Positions 52,724 through 64,000 of a stretch of 64,000 bases of DNA are shown one piece after another. Origin of the DNA: Vitrella brassicaformis CCMP3155 (lineage: Eukaryota > Protista > Chromerida); assembly GCA_001179505.1 (NCBI GenBank), contig CDMY01000432.1, positions 13,794-77,793 of the forward strand, given 5' to 3'. Every line of letters starts with the position of its first letter. Within the stretch, counting starts at the first letter, position 1. The notes under the pieces were generated by a model, which was given only the letters and a program-made list of their open reading frames with translations, searched no databases and had not been told where the DNA came from. The position numbers and the translations under genes are program-made.

Positions 52724-54059
52724 TGTCTGGCGCCATAACTTACAGGCGACAACCAACAAGTGGCTAAATGACTGCAGTAAGTAAGTACCTGCATCGCCAC
52801 ACCCCCGCACGCTCTCTCACACACACACACACACACACACATTCGTTCACAGACACGACGGATGGAGACAACGGGGTAGAGAGGTAGAGAGCTGGATTAA
52901 ACACAGAGAGCTATGTATGGGTATGCAGGCAGACAGACACCACGGACGGGACGCCGCCCACACCGCTACTCCTCATGATGAGCACACACAGGTATGGTAT
53001 ACAGATTTCGAGTACGCCTTCAAATCAGGTAGGGTAGCACTCACACCACCCCACACACGACCCACACATAGCCAGACAGACAGACTGACAGACAGACAGA
53101 GTTGAGCAGAGACGAACGAGCCACGCAGCCCACCCACACAGCGGAGAGTTCGCTCTTCCTTGAGTGGCTTTGGGTGGAGAGACGGATAATAATGAGATGA
53201 GTGGATAGCATACACACACACATACGCACACAGATATAGAGACAGGCAGACAGATGCACCAGCATCGTTCAACACACAACAGACACACAGACAGACAGAC
53301 AGCCCACCGACCCAATACCATACACCAAGTGTCAAGAGAGCACCTTCTTGCTGTCTCATCGCCAATAAAACCCTTCGTACGATACGATCATCCATCCACA
53401 CGCCGGCGGCCAGGTTTTGAAGGCAAAAATGCTGGGCCCCCAGCACCACGACCACCACACCACACCGCACAGTCCGGACCAACAAGCATCCGCCCACACG
53501 CGACCACAGGGAGGGGCTGCCGTCGGTGTTGGATTGAAACCACGCACACGCAGTGAGGGAGGGAGGGAGGGAGGCGACAGACAGACAGCAAGGAGCGGTA
53601 GGTGGACAGGGAGGTAGCAATAGGTGCGTGTGTGTCCTGTAGGTACGCAACCTTCACCATCCAGCTGGCAACATAAATAAATCGGCCGGCCTCGCCATCC
53701 TGTCCTGCCTCTCTCTGTGTGTGTGAGTGTGTGTGCATGGTACGAATCAACCCGGGTGGGGTGGCACCCTCCCCCTCCCCCTTAGCCTACAGCACGACAT
53801 GACCGTGTGTGTCATAAAATTGGAAAGAAAGGAACAAGGACAAACACCTAAGCAGCCACAGCACCGACGTACCCCAGCCACCCACCTTACCACACCCACA
53901 CACCCACACAAGCCACAAACGCATAAACTTTATCTCTCTCCCTCCCTCCGACCCAGCCCCCCGTTGACTTGACAGATCAGTGAGTGGTGCCTTGCATTCA
54001 GTCACATGACTCCATGCATGCATGTGACGCCGGTCAGGTCAACCATCCGGTCGGTCAGC

Positions 54060-57000
54060 TCAGCCGGTGAACCATCTGACGATGCCCGTGACGTAGGAGG
54101 CGATGCCGGTGGAGTTGGGCGTCTGGTTGCGGACGGCACGCGGCCGCGACTGCTGCTGCCGGGGGGCGCGTATGAGGCCCACCTGCTTGAGCGGCAGGTA
54201 GGGGGGCGTGTTGGAGATCAACGCCTTGAAGGCGATGAAGATGCGCGCAGGGTCGTCCGAGTCCACAAACACACACATCTCACCCTGTTTGTTTAGACGG
54301 ACACAGACAGACATCTCATCGTGTACCCACGTGTTGGTCTATGTGATGTGTGCACTGCCTGCAGGTCAGGTATGGGCAGGCACCTTGGCTTGTTCCTGTG
54401 GGGCGCTGGGGTTGGTGAGTATGGCTGTGATGACGGTCTCGCCCCCGGTGGCCTGGAGGGCGGCGTCGCTCTTGAGCCACGACAGCATCCAGCTGTTGAA
54501 CAATGGCGTTATCGGGTGACCTAGGCGGAGACAGACATCAGAAAACACCACGGCACAGCACAGCACATAAAGTTTTTGGTGTGGGGCTGTTAACAGCGTC
54601 CCAGCCGTGTAGTTTGTTACCGACGAGTGAGCGCCCCGCCCACAGGTTGAGCAGCGGCGAGCTCTCCAGGATCAAATTGTCCTGATGGATGGATGCCATC
54701 CATGCATACCAAACAAAACACGTTTGACACACTTTTATTGCAGTATGTGATCGGGATGGGATGAGGCGGGCACGTGACAGCGACAGCTGCACTGCACTGC
54801 AGTGCACCAGGTCAGGTAGGTACCTGTGCGTCGATGAGCATGGTGGCGTCGAGTGTGCCCTCGACGACCCTCTCGCACAGGTTGACCCGCTGCTCAAGCA
54901 TACACTGACTGCGCTTGCGGTCCGTCACGTCCTGGATGTACCCGTATATCACACTGGACAATGGGATGGGATGGGATGGGATGGACACAGAGAGAGACAC
55001 AGGAATGGACGCCCCGCGACCTACCCTACCCACACACACACCGACCCACCGACCGACTTACCTGCTGTTCTTGGAGGCCTTTCTGCCGCCGCACTTGAAC
55101 CATCTCACCTCACCATCTGCACGCTCATACTTGACCTGACACAACACAACACAACACAACCCATAGGCTCACACAAGTGTACATGCTTCTCTGCCTAGCT
55201 CCACATCACTCACTGACTGAGTGACTCACTTCCATGTCGTATGGCTCTCCCTCATCGGCGCATCTGATGATAGCCTGCTCGATCTTGTTTCTGTCGGCCA
55301 TGACGACGTGTTTGGTCCAGAAGCCGTCTAGGCGGTGCTCCGCCTTGTAGGCCGTCACACCCACCGGCAGCGGCTCGTCAGTGATGGACGGCTCCTCAGG
55401 AATGATCGGAGGCACCATCTCGCGCATGTCAGGCTTCACGGGCACCTGTGTACACGGTGGCAACCCATTCACATTCACCCACACGCATTCATCCATCCAT
55501 CCATCGCTCGTGTGTTGCATTGCGCCCCGCCCTCTATGTATGTTATGTGCTAACTGACTGCCAGCAGCCCCGAGATGGACCCGTCTGATTTTTTGTGTTC
55601 CTCGGCGACCGCCCCGCCGCTGGACTTGGACTTGACGCCGCTGGAGTTGATGCTGAGGGTGGCGGGCGGTGTGCGCTCCCCGTCACTGGGTGTGGTCTTG
55701 TTGGTGCCCTGGCTGCCGCTGCCGGTGCCAGTGCCATGGCCGCCCGTGTTGGTGGGGGTGGTCAGGTCGTTCCTGCTGCTTCTGCTGTTGACGTTGATGT
55801 GGATGTGGTGGTCGCACTCGTGCTCGGATGGCACCAGGGGGGGCGTGGGGAAGTTGGACAGGGGAGAGGGGGTAAGCTGGACCGACCCCGACGACAGGTG
55901 AACGTTCAGGTGCTCGTGGCTGGAACCTAGCGCGTACGTCGACCCGGACGAACGGACCTCATTCGAGCCGGGCGGAGTAGCTGACACACACACACAGACC
56001 CACATCCACAGAATACACACATGAAGGACGGTCTCTCTCTCTATATATATCTTTCTCTGTCTCTCCCTCTATCTCTCGTTGCTCACGGTGTGCGTGTCCA
56101 TTAGTGGTGAGTTCATGTGGCGATGAGAAGCTCTTGATGGGCAGCTTGACGGAAGCCTTGATGGGGTGCAGGTGCGACTTGATGGGCCGTATGAGGTGGG
56201 AGGTGCGCTCCTGGCTCTTGGGCTTGGTCACCACCACGTTACTGAACGGCTTGAGCGCACAGCCCGCCGTGCTCACTGACTTCTCTGAGGGCGCCAGGGT
56301 CGGATAGGTCGTCAGGTCGAACGCCTTCTTGGGGTACATGTACTGAATGAAGCCAATGACACACACGGAGAGCGAGGGGGTATGTATGTTATGTGTGGTG
56401 TGTGTGTCCTGTCCTGCCCTGCCTGTGGGCTGTCGTCTCTGGCGCGCATGGTGAGGGCTTCGATGACTCGAGTGGTGTAGAAGTCTTGCTGAATCGACCC
56501 CGCCGTGTCCCACTCCCTGCGTCGCGTCGCACCAACCAGCCCGCCAGCCAACCACAACAACAAAGCTTGTGGTGATTGCATGTCCGCCATGTCGCGTCGT
56601 GTCGTGTGTATGTGTGGCGGGTCGGGTGGGCACTGTTGTGTGTGTATGGTAGTGACTGGCTGACTGACTGACCATGCGGCGATGTCGACCATGAATGCGA
56701 AGCTCTCGAGCAGCCGTCTCCGCTGACCCTTCTCGCGGCTCACCTTGTCAGTCTGATTCATGGATGGATGGATGGATGGCAACAGACACAGACAGACAGA
56801 CAATGGATGGATGGACGGGAAGAAGGGGTGTGTGTGTGTGTTGCCGCGCCGCGCCCAGCGAGCGACCCACAGACCTGGTAGAATGCGGTTCTGTAGAAGA
56901 ACTCCACCTGTCTCGCAGCCGCTATCAGCAAAATGCCCACCACTGCACCGCACCCACACACAGGCAAGCCAAGGAAGACACGACGCACCGCACCCAGCAA

Positions 57001-58285
57001 TCAACTCGGTCGCTGTGTGTGTTGCCTCCCTCTGAGTTGTTGCGCAACTGGGTACACTACCGACCTGGGTAGAAGCAGCTGAAGTACTTGTCCGTCCACA
57101 TCCCATCAACTGTTGGATGGGATGCACACACACATGGAAGGGAGGGGAGGGTAGGGGAGGCAGACGTCGAGATCGGTCATGTGTGGAGTGGAGCAATGGC
57201 TGGCCTTGTCATGTTTATGTATGTGTGTGGTTGGGCCGACGGGGGTGTGGTGTGGTGTCTTACGTAGGTAGTGAATGATTTGGTGCACGAGGATGAGCAG
57301 TGAGGCGGCGAAGGCGTCGCACTTGAACACCAGGAAACACAAACACATCATCGCACAATTCTCCAACTCGGACCTGCAGCATAACACCGGTGACACACAT
57401 CACATGCAGTGCACCCAACCATCCCACACACAGATCCATCCATCCATCCATCCAGCCATCCATCCATCGCTGCATCACTCTGCCTGTGTGTGTCATTTCC
57501 TGCGTGTTGTGTTGCTGACCCAACAGCATGTTCGACACTGTCGATGCACGAGACGCCTTGCCTCCCCAGCATAGGGGCCAGGTGCCCGTGCAGCGTCACC
57601 GTGGTCGTCACCACCATGAAGAGCGCAAAAGTGCAGAGGTACTCCATCTTGTAGTACGGCTGCAGCGCCCCCTCCATGGCCCCCACCAGCCTGCTCGAAC
57701 TCCCGCCCATCTTGGCCAGCAACTCGCCCCTGTCTCCCTGGGTCATGGCCAAACACAGGTACAGCTTGACCAGCTGCCGATGGAAGCAGGCGTAGAGCAG
57801 GATGACGATCGACGTCAGCAGGGGGACGGCCATGCGCAGCCAGAAGATGTAGATGGTTTCCCGCTTGGACAGCTGGTAGATCAGGATGAGCGAGAAGATG
57901 ACAATCGACAGGGCCAGGAGGGCCCCCAGCGACTTGAGCGACTCACGGGTGTCCTCCCTCTTCAGCACTCGGTACTGACGCTCCAGATCCGCATCTCGGA
58001 ACCGCACTGCGGTCACACACACAGACAGAGAGCACCCTTATTGTGTGTGAGGGTGAGAGAACGAGATGCTCACTGACTTCTGACGTAGGGCAGCCATCTC
58101 CACAAGGACTCGCACCCGATGCGGCTCCAGCTTTGGTTCATGCCTCTGCCGAATGCGAGTGTGTACTGCCACACACTCGGCGGCAGCACCATGTCCATCG
58201 CCGAGGAGGCGCTGTCGGTGTGGGTCGTTGATGCCGACCGCGGGCTCGGTGCCGCCTTGGCTGACTTGCTGCCCTGCACGCCCAT
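54060..58285 (-). CDS. Multi-pass membrane protein with tandem PAS-like domains (intact paralog of 1325-4106)
   Basis: MGVQGSKS start. TM exons RFRDADLERQY...SLGALLALSIVIFSL, then PAS/PAC exons EQAIIRCADEGEPYDME|VKYERADGEVRWFKCGG...YGYIQDVTDRKRSQ and DATMLIDAQ|DNLILESS. About 13 GT-AG exons. Confidence 0.8.
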
Positions 58286-59142
58286 CTTTTGCTGGCTGGT
58301 GTCGAGGCGGCAGGCACGCCTCACAGATAGATGGGATCACCTCACCACCTCACTGCACACACATAGCATCCAGAGTGCTGAAGACATGGGATCCGCACCG
58401 TTCTTCCGAGATCTTTCACTCACCTTCCTGCTGACGTATAGATCTGGCAACACGGCACTCCAGCGCACAAAGGAAAGGGAGAAAGGGGAAAGCCACGCTT
58501 GACCACGAAGCTCGCAATTGTTCGCGATCGGAGCGTGTGGGTTGGTTGGCGTCAGCCAGGGTGATGGTGCGGACGACATGGCTACGTAGGAAGGCTGGTA
58601 TGCCACAGGACTGCGTCGCACATCGATCAAGTAAGCCTCTGGTCGGTGATGAATGGGAGATGAGGCCAAGGGAGAGAGAACAGGGCAAGGGAGGACGCCC
58701 GGGATGGTCAGGGAGGCAGAGGGAGAGGTGTGGGTGTGTGTGGTGGCGTTGTGGTGCGCATGCACTGCAGTGACCTCATCTGTGGGTGTCTGTGGGTGTT
58801 CAACCTGGTGCGTCTTCAGGAGGTGGTAGTCTGGACGCTGTCGGACGCTAAGCGGTCCTTCCTGGTAGGCCAAGCCAGTGGGTAAGCCAGGAACCAGCTA
58901 TATGGATGGAGAACCGCACATCGCGACACCACAGCCGTGTCAAGGCCAGAGAATGATGATCTGATCCACATCGTTCCCTCCCGTGCTGTTTGTTGCGTGT
59001 GTCAGGTGGTGTTGGTGCTGTAGGATTGCGGTCGGTTGTTTCTTCTCTCTCCTCTCTCCTGTCCCCCCCTCTGATTCCCACGATTCCTACGTCTCAGCTT
59101 CCCGAGTCCATCGGCACCTTTGCCGCCAGGGCAGCAGCAGCC

Positions 59143-61206
59143 ATGAGGTACACACACATACCTCGAACACACACACACGAACATCCTGACCAACCACCGA
59201 GACACTTGTTTCCTTCCCTGTGTTGTCATCTCTCTCTCCCCAGCGACCGCACTCGTGCGCTGCTGCATCGCTTCTCGGCGTCTGCCCCCGCGCACAAGCG
59301 CACCACTACATCGTCCTCATCGCAGCAGCAGCACAAGGGCAAGGGCGCCGGGGCCGGCAAAGCCAAGACGGCTCCCGCAGCCGGCCGATCGCCGCCCGTG
59401 CCCCCCGTCCAGCACACACAGCGGTCGTCGCGCCGCAACAGCAGTGCGGCGGCCAATGCCGCCAATGACGCGATGGACGTGTGTGTGGTCGAGGAGGACG
59501 ACAGGGAGCGTTCCGACCGTGCCAACCGTGCTGATCGTAACAGGGTGGTGGCCAAGCGTAGCGGTGCTGGTGCTGGTATTGGTGTTGGTGTGTTGAAGAA
59601 GGTGTCGTCTCCGTCTGAGGACTCGACGCAGGCCAATGGCAAGAGCACCCAGGGGGGCAGCGACCGAGAGGTGAACTCGTGAGCCTGTGGGACACACGCG
59701 CGGGATTTGTACGTGTGGGTGCATGGCATGTGTGTCTCGCTCACCGCTCAGGTGTGTCGCGGTGAGGCCAGCGAGGATTTGGGCATGGATGACTGCTGCG
59801 AGGGCGAGGACCAGGGTGGGTGCGGTGTTTGCAAACATACCAATGCCACACAGACAGACAGACAGAGACACGGGCGGCGTCTCACATGTGTGTGTATGTG
59901 TGTTCAGAAGGCTTGCTGTCTGTCGATGAGACCAACAAACAGAAGATCGACCACATCAGGTAGGTACCTACTGCGGTCAGTCACACGGTGGGTGGTATCC
60001 ACGTGTCGTGTGTGTGTGTGTGTGTGTGTGCAGGAAGATGCGTCGGCAGCTGGGCATGAACTACTTCGTCAATGTCAATGAGAACCCCGTATGGCCGCCC
60101 ATCAAGAAAAACAAATTCACCAGTCAGTACTGTACGCCACGGCACGCAAGAAGCCAACTCAGGTGCACCATCTTCATCTTGTGTGTTGTGTGTGGTACAA
60201 ACAGCTCGTTCGGGCCGCACTCGCAACCCGTTGCCGCCCCCGCCGCCCCCGAAGCCTCGCCAGTCGGGCAAACCGTCTGGTGGGGGGGGTGGGGGGGACA
60301 GCAGCGGCAATAGCAAGGGGCTCAGGCGATCCGCTAGACAGAGGGTGAGGGTGGGTGGATGTCAGAATGGAGGACAGGGCGGCGCGTGTGTGTGTGTGTG
60401 TGTGTGGCGCCGTGCCGTATGATGGTGTGTGATGTGTGTGTGTCAGGGTGAGGAGGCTGAGGTTGTGGACGACTCGAAGAAGAGGGAATCGGACGAATCG
60501 GGTGTGTACACATTCAGCCATCCATCCATTCATTCGTGAGGCGATCTGTCCGCATATATGTGTGTGTGTGTGTGTGTGTGCAGAGGCCACGACCAGCAAG
60601 AAGAGGAGGGCTTCTCTGAAGAGCTACAAAGGCCTAGAAGAAATCGAAAAGAAACTGGTATCATACACACAGCAGGACGCGCCAGCACAACACCGGAAGC
60701 CATGCACACACACACACACACACCCTCCCTGTCCTGTCTGTCTGTGTGTCCATCCATCGATCGAGTCGAGCAGGCTACGTTGTGCGATGGCGTGTACACG
60801 AAGCGCTCCACACTCGGCCGACATGCCGGCCTGGGGCTCTATGCTGACCGGTACTTGTCTATGCTGGCACCGACAAGTACTCTTGTGTCTGCACACGTGT
60901 GGTCATGTTGATCAATCAGTTTCTTTGCCAAGAATTCGATCATCACCGAGTTCGTGGGGTACATCATCGACCGCGACGAGGCCATGCGCCTTCGCAGGGA
61001 GAGGTGCGCACGCACAAATGGATGAATGAATGAATGCATGCCAGCACACAGACGCGTATGCACCCTCCCCTCCCCTCCCCTGTGTGTGTGCAGGAAGGCC
61101 ACGCACATCGCCGACATCGAAAAACCCTTCTTCTACATCGATGGGTCAGTGACAGACACGCACACACACACAGACAGCAGAGTCTTGTTTCTGTGACACG
61201 TGGGTC

Positions 61207-61237
<31 letters not shown>

Positions 61238-61721
61238 TTTGTAGTGAGAAGGAGCCGAAGCCCTTCATTGGGGGCGGCTCGTTCGCCAACGACGGCAGCC
61301 AGACCAAGGAGACCCCTCAGGGCCGCATGCCGCCGCCGGGCAACAACTCCAAGTTCTTCAAAATGTTCGACCACAAACAGGTCCACATCGACACACGCAC
61401 ATGTGACACCCCCAGCCCACGGACATCCCTCTCTCTCTCTCTCTGTGTGTGGTGCAGGGTCGCACGCGCCTGTTCATAAAGGCCCTGCAGGACATCCACC
61501 CAGCCGAGGAGATATTCGTTGGGTACGCACACACACACACGCAGATCCACACACACACAGACGCATCATTCATTCATTCCGTGTGTGTGTGTATTGTGTG
61601 TGTGTGTGTTGTGTGTGGTAGGTATTCTCGTGACTACTGGATCGACGTTGAGGAGGAGGACAACAGCTCTGAGGAGGAAAGGCGACGCGAGGAGAAACGC
61701 AAGAAGCGAAGAAACCAATGA
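59143..61721 (+). CDS. SET-domain lysine methyltransferase
   Basis: GVYTKRSTLGRHAGLGLYADR, KNSIITEFVGYII, GGGSFAND and RLFIKALQDIHPAEEIFVG|YSRDYW are the SET motifs. A Cys-containing and low-complexity region precedes them. Confidence 0.85.
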
Positions 61722-63467
61722 CTGACTGACCACGCTACCTACACTCATACTCTGTCTGTCACGTCCGCACATACATACGCACATCCATCCCATCCCTGTC
61801 TGTCGTGGCTGTTGGTTAATGTTATTTTCGATGCATCCAAGCGTATATGCGTAAGCGGGATGGATGGCTGGCTGGGGGAAGACAGACGGATGGGATAATG
61901 GGTGGCTCTGCGATTGACTAGGCGAATGGATGGATGGATGGATGCCTTCGTGTCTGTCTGCACGGATGTGTGTGCTGCAAGTGGATGCATGGATGGATGG
62001 ATGGATGGCTGGTACTTAGTTGCCTGCCTGCCTGCCTAAGTCAGAAGGGGGCGGTGCGATCTGCGAGCGTACGTACGAGTATCGCGGTGTGCGTGGCCGT
62101 GTTTGAAGCTACTTACTGGTAAGTGGGTGACCGACCGAGCGACCGACACGAGTGAGTGAGAATTCGCGCTGGCCGCCGTCCTTGCCTCTGGTCTTTGGCT
62201 GCCGGTGTGTTATGTATGTCTGAGCCGATACCCAAGACCAGACAGACAGGCAGCTGCGGCCGGGCGGGCGGGAAGGCTGGCGAGCTGGCGTGCAGACAGA
62301 CAGACAGCCAGACAGACAGACAGACAGAGACTGACAGAGGCAGATGGGAATGTCTGTCTGGCTTGGTTGCTGTGTGTGCGTGTGTGTGTGGTTGTCGATG
62401 ATCGCGTGAATAAGTACCCTGCCTTTCTCTACATATCATAACATAACATACTCTGTCTATCTGTATTGTAACTTTCCCTTATTTTATCTGTGTGTGTGTC
62501 GTGGTGTGTGTGGAGTGGCTGAGTACGAAATGCATACGGATGCGATGCTTTCAAACAACTGACTGACTGACTGAGTGGGGGTGGACAGATGGGACGGATG
62601 GATGGATGGCTGCCTGGCTGGCGGGTGTGAGTGTGTGACTTGACGACGTACTTTTGGCTGGCGTGTGTCGCGTGATACTTTTCTCTCTCCAGTCAGTGTG
62701 TGTGAGCGTGCTGGTCGGTGAGTAAGTATGGTAAGTATGTAAGGTGAGTGAGTAAGAGAGAGACGGCGGCCTGCTCCGATAAACAAACGGACGGAATGCA
62801 TCGGCCGCCGACTGACTGACTGACTGATGTGGTGTGTATCTGCGTGAATGCGTGTGTGTATCTATAGCTATCTATAGCTATCTTTACATGGCGCGGGTGT
62901 GTGTGTGTGCGGACGTACCGTGATGGATGGATGGATGCAGACCTGCAGGTGCGTGCGTGCGTGGGAAAGTGAGTGAATGGATGGAATGCGTGTGTCGTGT
63001 CCGTGTGTATTTTTTCTCACTTTGAGAGCCGAGAGAGATTCAGAGAGAGAGCGTCAATTTGTCCCAGCTGCCTGGCTGCCCGGCTGTCTGTCTGTCTGTC
63101 TGTCTAGCTATCTATATATCGGCTGCGTGCCGTTGGTGAGTGCCTTAATTGTGTGAGGTAAGGTGGTGTGTGCACATCACATCACATCCATCGAGTCGAC
63201 CGGCTTGTGGTGCGTGTCCCTGCTCGCGTATCAATCAACACACACATACACAAACATACTCATATACTACTAGTACTACTACTACCATCCGTGCGGATGA
63301 TGTGTGGGTGGATGGATGGTGGGTGCACGTTGGACAGACACGCCATTCATTCATTATCCATTCAAGGGGACGTGATTTGATTGATTGATCGATTGACACC
63401 CACCAACCCAACGTACGTAAGGTCATTCACACCCCACCCCCCGACATGTATACATACATACAAAGAG
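61722..63467. repeat. Microsatellite-rich intergenic/UTR tract
   Basis: (GATG)n, (CAGA)n, (GACT)n, (TG)n and (CTA)n runs with no credible exon. Confidence 0.75.
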
Positions 63468-64000
63468 GCCCGGCCCACTAATAAATGCATCAATCAACAT
63501 GCCATCCATCCATCCATCCATCCATCAGGCCTGCGCCGCACATCGATCAATCGATATCAAGTCAGGTCAGTCCACTCCCCTCCCCTCCCTTCCCACGGGC
63601 ACACAGCGGACAATACACACACCGACGAGAGGCGTGGATGGATAATGCCTCACACACCCACACGGACATGTCTCCCGCCCTTCGCCTAGCTTTGCTGTTG
63701 GCTCGGCGACCTTCGCCTCGCTCTGTCTCCAGCAGCTCATGTCGCCCGTGCGGAGGCGGACCCTGGCTGGGACCATGATTGCGTGGAGGAGGCCGGCTAC
63801 TGGGGGAGAGGGCTCAGACGAGCCGAGGGAGAGAAAGAGATCCATGACAGCGGCAGGTTCATTCGTTGTGCGTCGGCTGCTGTCAAGGAAGCCATTCATC
63901 GGTTTGGGTACCAAAAATATGTCCACTTCAAAAAACGCCAATCGCATCCACCGACGGATGCAGAGTGTCACCCAGCAGCAGTCAATCACGAACAAACGCG
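63468..64000 (-). repeat. About 520-bp repeat, right copy of the inverted pair; runs off the window edge
   Basis: Reverse-complement match to 51221-51745 with small indels. Confidence 0.93.

Noticed and set aside
63845-64000. MTAAGSFVVRRLLSR... as a mitochondrial presequence gene start
   Set aside because: It lies inside the duplicated inverted repeat and is truncated by the window edge, so coding status cannot be supported.

Overview
GC-rich, intron-dense eukaryotic genomic DNA. Introns are short GT-AG and full of (CA)n, (GATG)n and (CAGA)n microsatellites, which together with bipartite plastid-targeting leaders and an oocyst-wall-type protein suggests a chromerid alveolate such as Vitrella brassicaformis (inferred). 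About 13 spliced protein genes can be supported: two BTB/POZ proteins, two paralogous multi-pass membrane PAS-PAS proteins, a Cys-repeat oocyst-wall-like protein, a plastid LON-N protein, a protein with a REDIC1/C12orf40-like N-terminus, a kinesin-3, PAT1, exportin-T, a greatly extended plastid S1 protein with a WWE-like tail, a SET-domain protein and two hypotheticals. A decayed island at about 32.9-37.9 kb holds a copia-like gag, a zinc-knuckle remnant, an RNR-R2 fragment and a DOT1-like methyltransferase remnant. The most notable points are: an otherwise intact PAS gene with two in-frame TAGs in an identical 10-nt context, a recurring AGCTCGCA motif in divergent promoters, the S1-WWE fusion, and a roughly 520-bp inverted repeat pair bracketing 12 kb. 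Gene models were spliced by eye, so boundaries are approximate.
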